The notes under the pieces: model-generated
Told to the model about the DNA's origin: nothing
What the model saw: the letters and a program-made list of their open reading frames with translations, nothing else
The model's database searches: none
In this document: piece after piece, positions 60,571-64,000 of the stretch
Numbering within the stretch: position 1 is the stretch's first letter
How the letters are laid out: the number at the start of each line of letters is the position of its first letter
Position numbers and translations under genes: made by a program
NCBI GenBank assembly: GCA_947599835.1
Contig: CANQFQ010000005.1
Span: 1-64,000 of the forward strand
Reading direction: 5' to 3'
Length of the DNA stretch: 64,000 nt
Source: an uncultured Bacilli bacterium
Lineage (GTDB): Bacteria > Bacillota_I > Bacilli_A > RFN20 > CAG-631

Positions 60571-61775
60571 TTATCTTTGCGTTTGGTTTTTCAACAATAT
60601 TAAACATTTTAATTTTTTTAATTATTTTATGCTTAACCATTTCGATTCATGAATTAGGTCATCTAACTTTTGCTAAAAATTTTAATGTTTATTGTTATGA
60701 ATATTCCATTGGTTTTGGTAAAGCAATTTATAAAAATAAAAAAGGCGAAACGCATTTTTGTATTCGTTTAATTCCTCTAGGTGGCTTTGTTAGGATGGCG
60801 GGGGAAGAGGGCGTTGAAGACAATGAAGTCCTTTTAGATAACAATGAAAAACCTATCCCAAAAGAAAGAATTTTTGGAAATATTAAAAAAGGCCCTAAAA
60901 TCATGATTTTAGCGGCTGGTGGATTATTTAATATGATTTTGGCCTATATTTGTTTTTTTGTTGTTTTAGTATTTAATGGGGTTCCCATCACCAATCAACC
61001 GATCGTTTCATTAGTTTCTAATCAACCTTTGGTTCAAGAAATTCAAAAAGAAATACAAAATGGAAATCTTGCATTAAAAGAAGTACCGAATCAAATTTAC
61101 ATTCATGAAATGAATATATCTTATACAACCGAACAATCCTTTGATGAAGTAATCATTACCCATAAAGTAAAAAATTGGGAAGATATTAACACCTTATTAA
61201 ATCAATCTCAAGAAAATGCAAAAAAAGAAAGTATCCGGCATTTAGAAATTATTTTTAGTGCTTCGAAAAAAAGTGAAAAATTTTCTATCGATTTATATTC
61301 TAAAACCCATTTAGTAGAAGAAAGTCAAAGTGAATTGTATAATTTTGATACGATTGGCATCACTATGATGAATAAAAAATATAACCTTTTAGAAGCTATT
61401 CCACAAACTTATAAATTTATGTTTGACTATTTTATTGAAGTATGCAAGGCTTTTGGCCGATTATTTGTCGGACATACGGAACAATTATCTGGTCTTGTGG
61501 GCATATATAAAACGGTCGATGCTTCTGCAAGTTCTGGTGCCGGTCTAATTGGAATGATTTATATTGCAGGGGCGATTTCATTTAGTTTAGGATTTTTTAA
61601 TTTAATGCCTATTCCTGCATTAGATGGAGGAAGAATCGTATTTGTTTTAATTGAAGCGATCACACATAAAAAAGTAAATCCGAAAGTTGAAGGATGGATT
61701 CATAGCATTGGCTTCATTCTTTTATTTGGATTAATGATTGTAATTAATCTTAGAGATATTATTAGATTGTTTTAA
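60567..61775 (+). CDS. rseP: RIP zinc metalloprotease RseP/site-2 protease family
   Basis: 'HELGH' zinc motif in the first TM. Central PDZ-like region. 'LDGG' motif near the C-terminus. Confidence 0.8.
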   Translation: MIIFAFGFSTILNILIFLIILCLTISIHELGHLTFAKNFNVYCYEYSIGFGKAIYKNKKGETHFCIRLIPLGGFVRMAGEEGVEDNEVLLDNNEKPIPKERIFGNIKKGPKIMILAAGGLFNMILAYICFFVVLVFNGVPITNQPIVSLVSNQPLVQEIQKEIQNGNLALKEVPNQIYIHEMNISYTTEQSFDEVIITHKVKNWEDINTLLNQSQENAKKESIRHLEIIFSASKKSEKFSIDLYSKTHLVEESQSELYNFDTIGITMMNKKYNLLEAIPQTYKFMFDYFIEVCKAFGRLFVGHTEQLSGLVGIYKTVDASASSGAGLIGMIYIAGAISFSLGFFNLMPIPALDGGRIVFVLIEAITHKKVNPKVEGWIHSIGFILLFGLMIVINLRDIIRLF

Positions 61776-61802
61776 TTTTTAAGTAAATGATGAGGTGGTA
61801 AA

Positions 61803-64000
61803 ATGGAATTAATCGAATTATTAAAAATAGCAAAAATATCGGATACCACTAAGTTTAATGATGGAAAGATTTTAGATGTTTCGTTATATAATGCAAAGTC
61901 TAACAAACCCTATTATGAAATTAAATTACACTTAAAAGATTTTATTCCGGTGGAGTTATATATTGCTCTCGTAGAAGGATTAAAAAATGCCTTAAAAGCT
62001 TCTATTGCATTATATCTTGAAATTGAAAATCAAACGATGGATTCTAAGAAAATTCAAGAATATATTAATCAATACATCGAATTAAAAGAAAATAATCTTC
62101 CCCAACTACAATTTTTAAAAGAACAAACATTAGTTGTTCGAAATAATACTATTCGTTTGTCTTATGATAGTATGCTAAAAGAAAATATTTTAAAAGAAAT
62201 ACAACCAAAGTTACAAAAATTTTTAAATGCGGCTGGGTTTAATCTTAAAATTGAATTTGTGTTTGTTGAACCTGATGGAGTAAAATTCAATTATGAAGAA
62301 GATCTACAAGAAATATTTTCTAAACAAATCGTCGTTGAACCCACCTATAATAATTCAAATGAAAAATTTCGTTATAGAGGTTTTAAAAAACGCCGATTAA
62401 ATATTAATTTTAGAGGAAAAACTTTTATTCCTACGGCGTTAGAGCTTATTGGAGATAATGCAGATATTCTTACTCAAGGGAAAGTTTTTGAAGTGAAACC
62501 TGTAGATTCAGAAAAAGTGATTTATCGAATCTATATTACAAATAATAAAGCCTCTTTTATCACTTTAATTGAAAAAAGTCAAAAATATCCTTCCTCATTA
62601 TTCGAAAGTTTAATTGGAAAATGGATTGAAATTACCGGCACTTATGCCTATGATTCTTATGAAAAAGAAAATGTTATTTATTTAAATACTTTAGATGTTA
62701 TCGATAACAAAGATGAAGTTATCCTAGATACTGCTCCTGTTAAAAGAGTGGAATTACATGCGCATACAGATATGTCGGCAATGGATGGCATTAGTTCAGT
62801 AGAAGAATTAGTGGCTCAAGCCGCTGCTTTTGGACATCCAGCAATTGCCATTACCGACCATAATTCTGTTCAATCTTTTCCTAATGCGCAAAAAATTCAA
62901 AAAGAATTAAAGAAACAAGGTAAAGAAATTAAAATTATTTATGGATTAGAAACCAATGTAGTCAATAGTAAATTAGATACAATTAAAAATCCTAGTGATG
63001 TTTCTTTATTAGATGCTACCTATGTCGCCTTCGATATTGAAACCACTGGATTATCCTCACAATTTGATACAATTATTGAATTTGGGGCCATTAAATTTAA
63101 AAACAATCAAGAAATTGATGCTTTAGATATATTGATTAATCCTGGATTTAAACTATCAGAATTTACAAAATCTTTAACACATATTACAGATGATTTATTG
63201 CAAAATCAACCTACTTTAAATCAAGTTTTACCAAAAATTAAAAAATTTATCGATGGTTGTGTTTTGATTGCGCATAATGCCACATTTGATGTAGGGTTTA
63301 TTGAAGCCGCCTTGGGTTATCCATTAGACAATCCAATTATTGATACACTTTCTTTATCTAGAGCCTTAAATCCAGAAGAAAGCAAACATAATTTGGGTGC
63401 CGTGGCAAGACGTAGTTTTGTCGATTATAACGAGGAAAGTGCACATAGAGCAGATTATGATGCGGATGTTTTACGACAAGTTTACGATATCTTATTATCG
63501 AAAGCAATGGAAGATGAAAGAATCCGGTGTCATAAAGATTTAGACTTATTACAATCGGATGCTGCCATCAAACGAACAAGATCTTATCATATGAATATTT
63601 TAGTAAAAAATCAAAGCGGACTAAAAGACTTATTTAAACTAGTCAGTGTAGCCAACACGGCCTATTTTTCAGAAACTCCTTTAATTCCAAAATCTGTAGT
63701 TGATCAATATCGCAAAGATTTTCTCATTGGAAGTAGCTGTGCTCGAGGAGAAATTTTTGAAATTGCTAGCACTAAAACGATTAATGAATTAAAAGAAATT
63801 ATGAAATTTTATGATTACATTGAAATTCAACCCATTGATCAATACGAACTTTTAGTTGAAACAAATAAAGTTGAATCCATGGAAAAAGTCAACAAGATCT
63901 TAAGAAATATCATTACTGCGGCAAATGAATTAAAATTGCCTATTGTAGCTACAGGCGATGTTCACTATACATATAAATATCAAGCAATTGCTCGAGAAAT
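61803..64000 (+). CDS. polC: DNA polymerase III PolC-type, N-terminal ~730 aa (continues beyond the window)
   Basis: ATG at 61803 with an open frame to the window end. PHP motif 'VELHAHTDMSAMDG' and 3'-5' exonuclease motif 'VAFDIETTGLS'. Confidence 0.85.
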   Translation, partial: MELIELLKIAKISDTTKFNDGKILDVSLYNAKSNKPYYEIKLHLKDFIPVELYIALVEGLKNALKASIALYLEIENQTMDSKKIQEYINQYIELKENNLPQLQFLKEQTLVVRNNTIRLSYDSMLKENILKEIQPKLQKFLNAAGFNLKIEFVFVEPDGVKFNYEEDLQEIFSKQIVVEPTYNNSNEKFRYRGFKKRRLNINFRGKTFIPTALELIGDNADILTQGKVFEVKPVDSEKVIYRIYITNNKASFITLIEKSQKYPSSLFESLIGKWIEITGTYAYDSYEKENVIYLNTLDVIDNKDEVILDTAPVKRVELHAHTDMSAMDGISSVEELVAQAAAFGHPAIAITDHNSVQSFPNAQKIQKELKKQGKEIKIIYGLETNVVNSKLDTIKNPSDVSLLDATYVAFDIETTGLSSQFDTIIEFGAIKFKNNQEIDALDILINPGFKLSEFTKSLTHITDDLLQNQPTLNQVLPKIKKFIDGCVLIAHNATFDVGFIEAALGYPLDNPIIDTLSLSRALNPEESKHNLGAVARRSFVDYNEESAHRADYDADVLRQVYDILLSKAMEDERIRCHKDLDLLQSDAAIKRTRSYHMNILVKNQSGLKDLFKLVSVANTAYFSETPLIPKSVVDQYRKDFLIGSSCARGEIFEIASTKTINELKEIMKFYDYIEIQPIDQYELLVETNKVESMEKVNKILRNIITAANELKLPIVATGDVHYTYKYQAIARE

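Overview
Low-GC (~30% GC) Firmicutes-type chromosomal segment read in the standard genetic code. Long intact housekeeping ORFs translate with TGA as stop, and RpoE delta subunit, an LtaS-like gene, a class A PBP and many lipoproteins place it in a walled Firmicute; an Erysipelotrichia- or Acholeplasma-like organism is my inference only. The core backbone is a lysC-like/asd/dapF/dapL lysine block, a T-box leader plus leuS, an SGNH hydrolase, rpoE, argS, PBP1A, yitT-like and alkD-like genes, then later adhE, an ltaS-like gene and the conserved rpsB-tsf-pyrH-frr-cdsA-dxr-rseP-polC cluster with uppS and proS absent from their usual slots. Coordinates 13.6-30.2 kb look accessory. A tRNA-Trp is followed by a 2.9-kb islet bounded by ~107-bp direct repeats that carries a lipoprotein and a V8-like serine protease disrupted by an A8 homopolymer frameshift. 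Next comes an ~11-kb, nine-gene minus-strand operon (17079-28106), which is the main finding. It encodes two Snf7/ESCRT-III-like coiled-coil proteins, one ending in a MIM1-like motif, plus a third small helical protein. It also encodes an MIT-domain tandem-AAA (Vps4-like) ATPase and an SPFH-like protein with a triple zinc ribbon. Fused downstream on the same strand are two zinc-ribbon/TIR-like proteins, one tail-anchored and one with BspA-type LRR tandem repeats, and a zinc-ribbon trypsin-like protease. This looks like a previously uncharacterised bacterial ESCRT-III/Vps4-like membrane-remodelling or defence module. 30.2-49.6 kb is a beta-glucan (laminarin-type) utilisation locus: three GH16 lipoproteins, a GH30, a large putative glycoside phosphorylase, two beta-helix/Big_2 surface lipoproteins, a sugar ABC transporter and a LacI regulator. 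All calls rest on motif-level reading of the supplied translations; no database searches were run.
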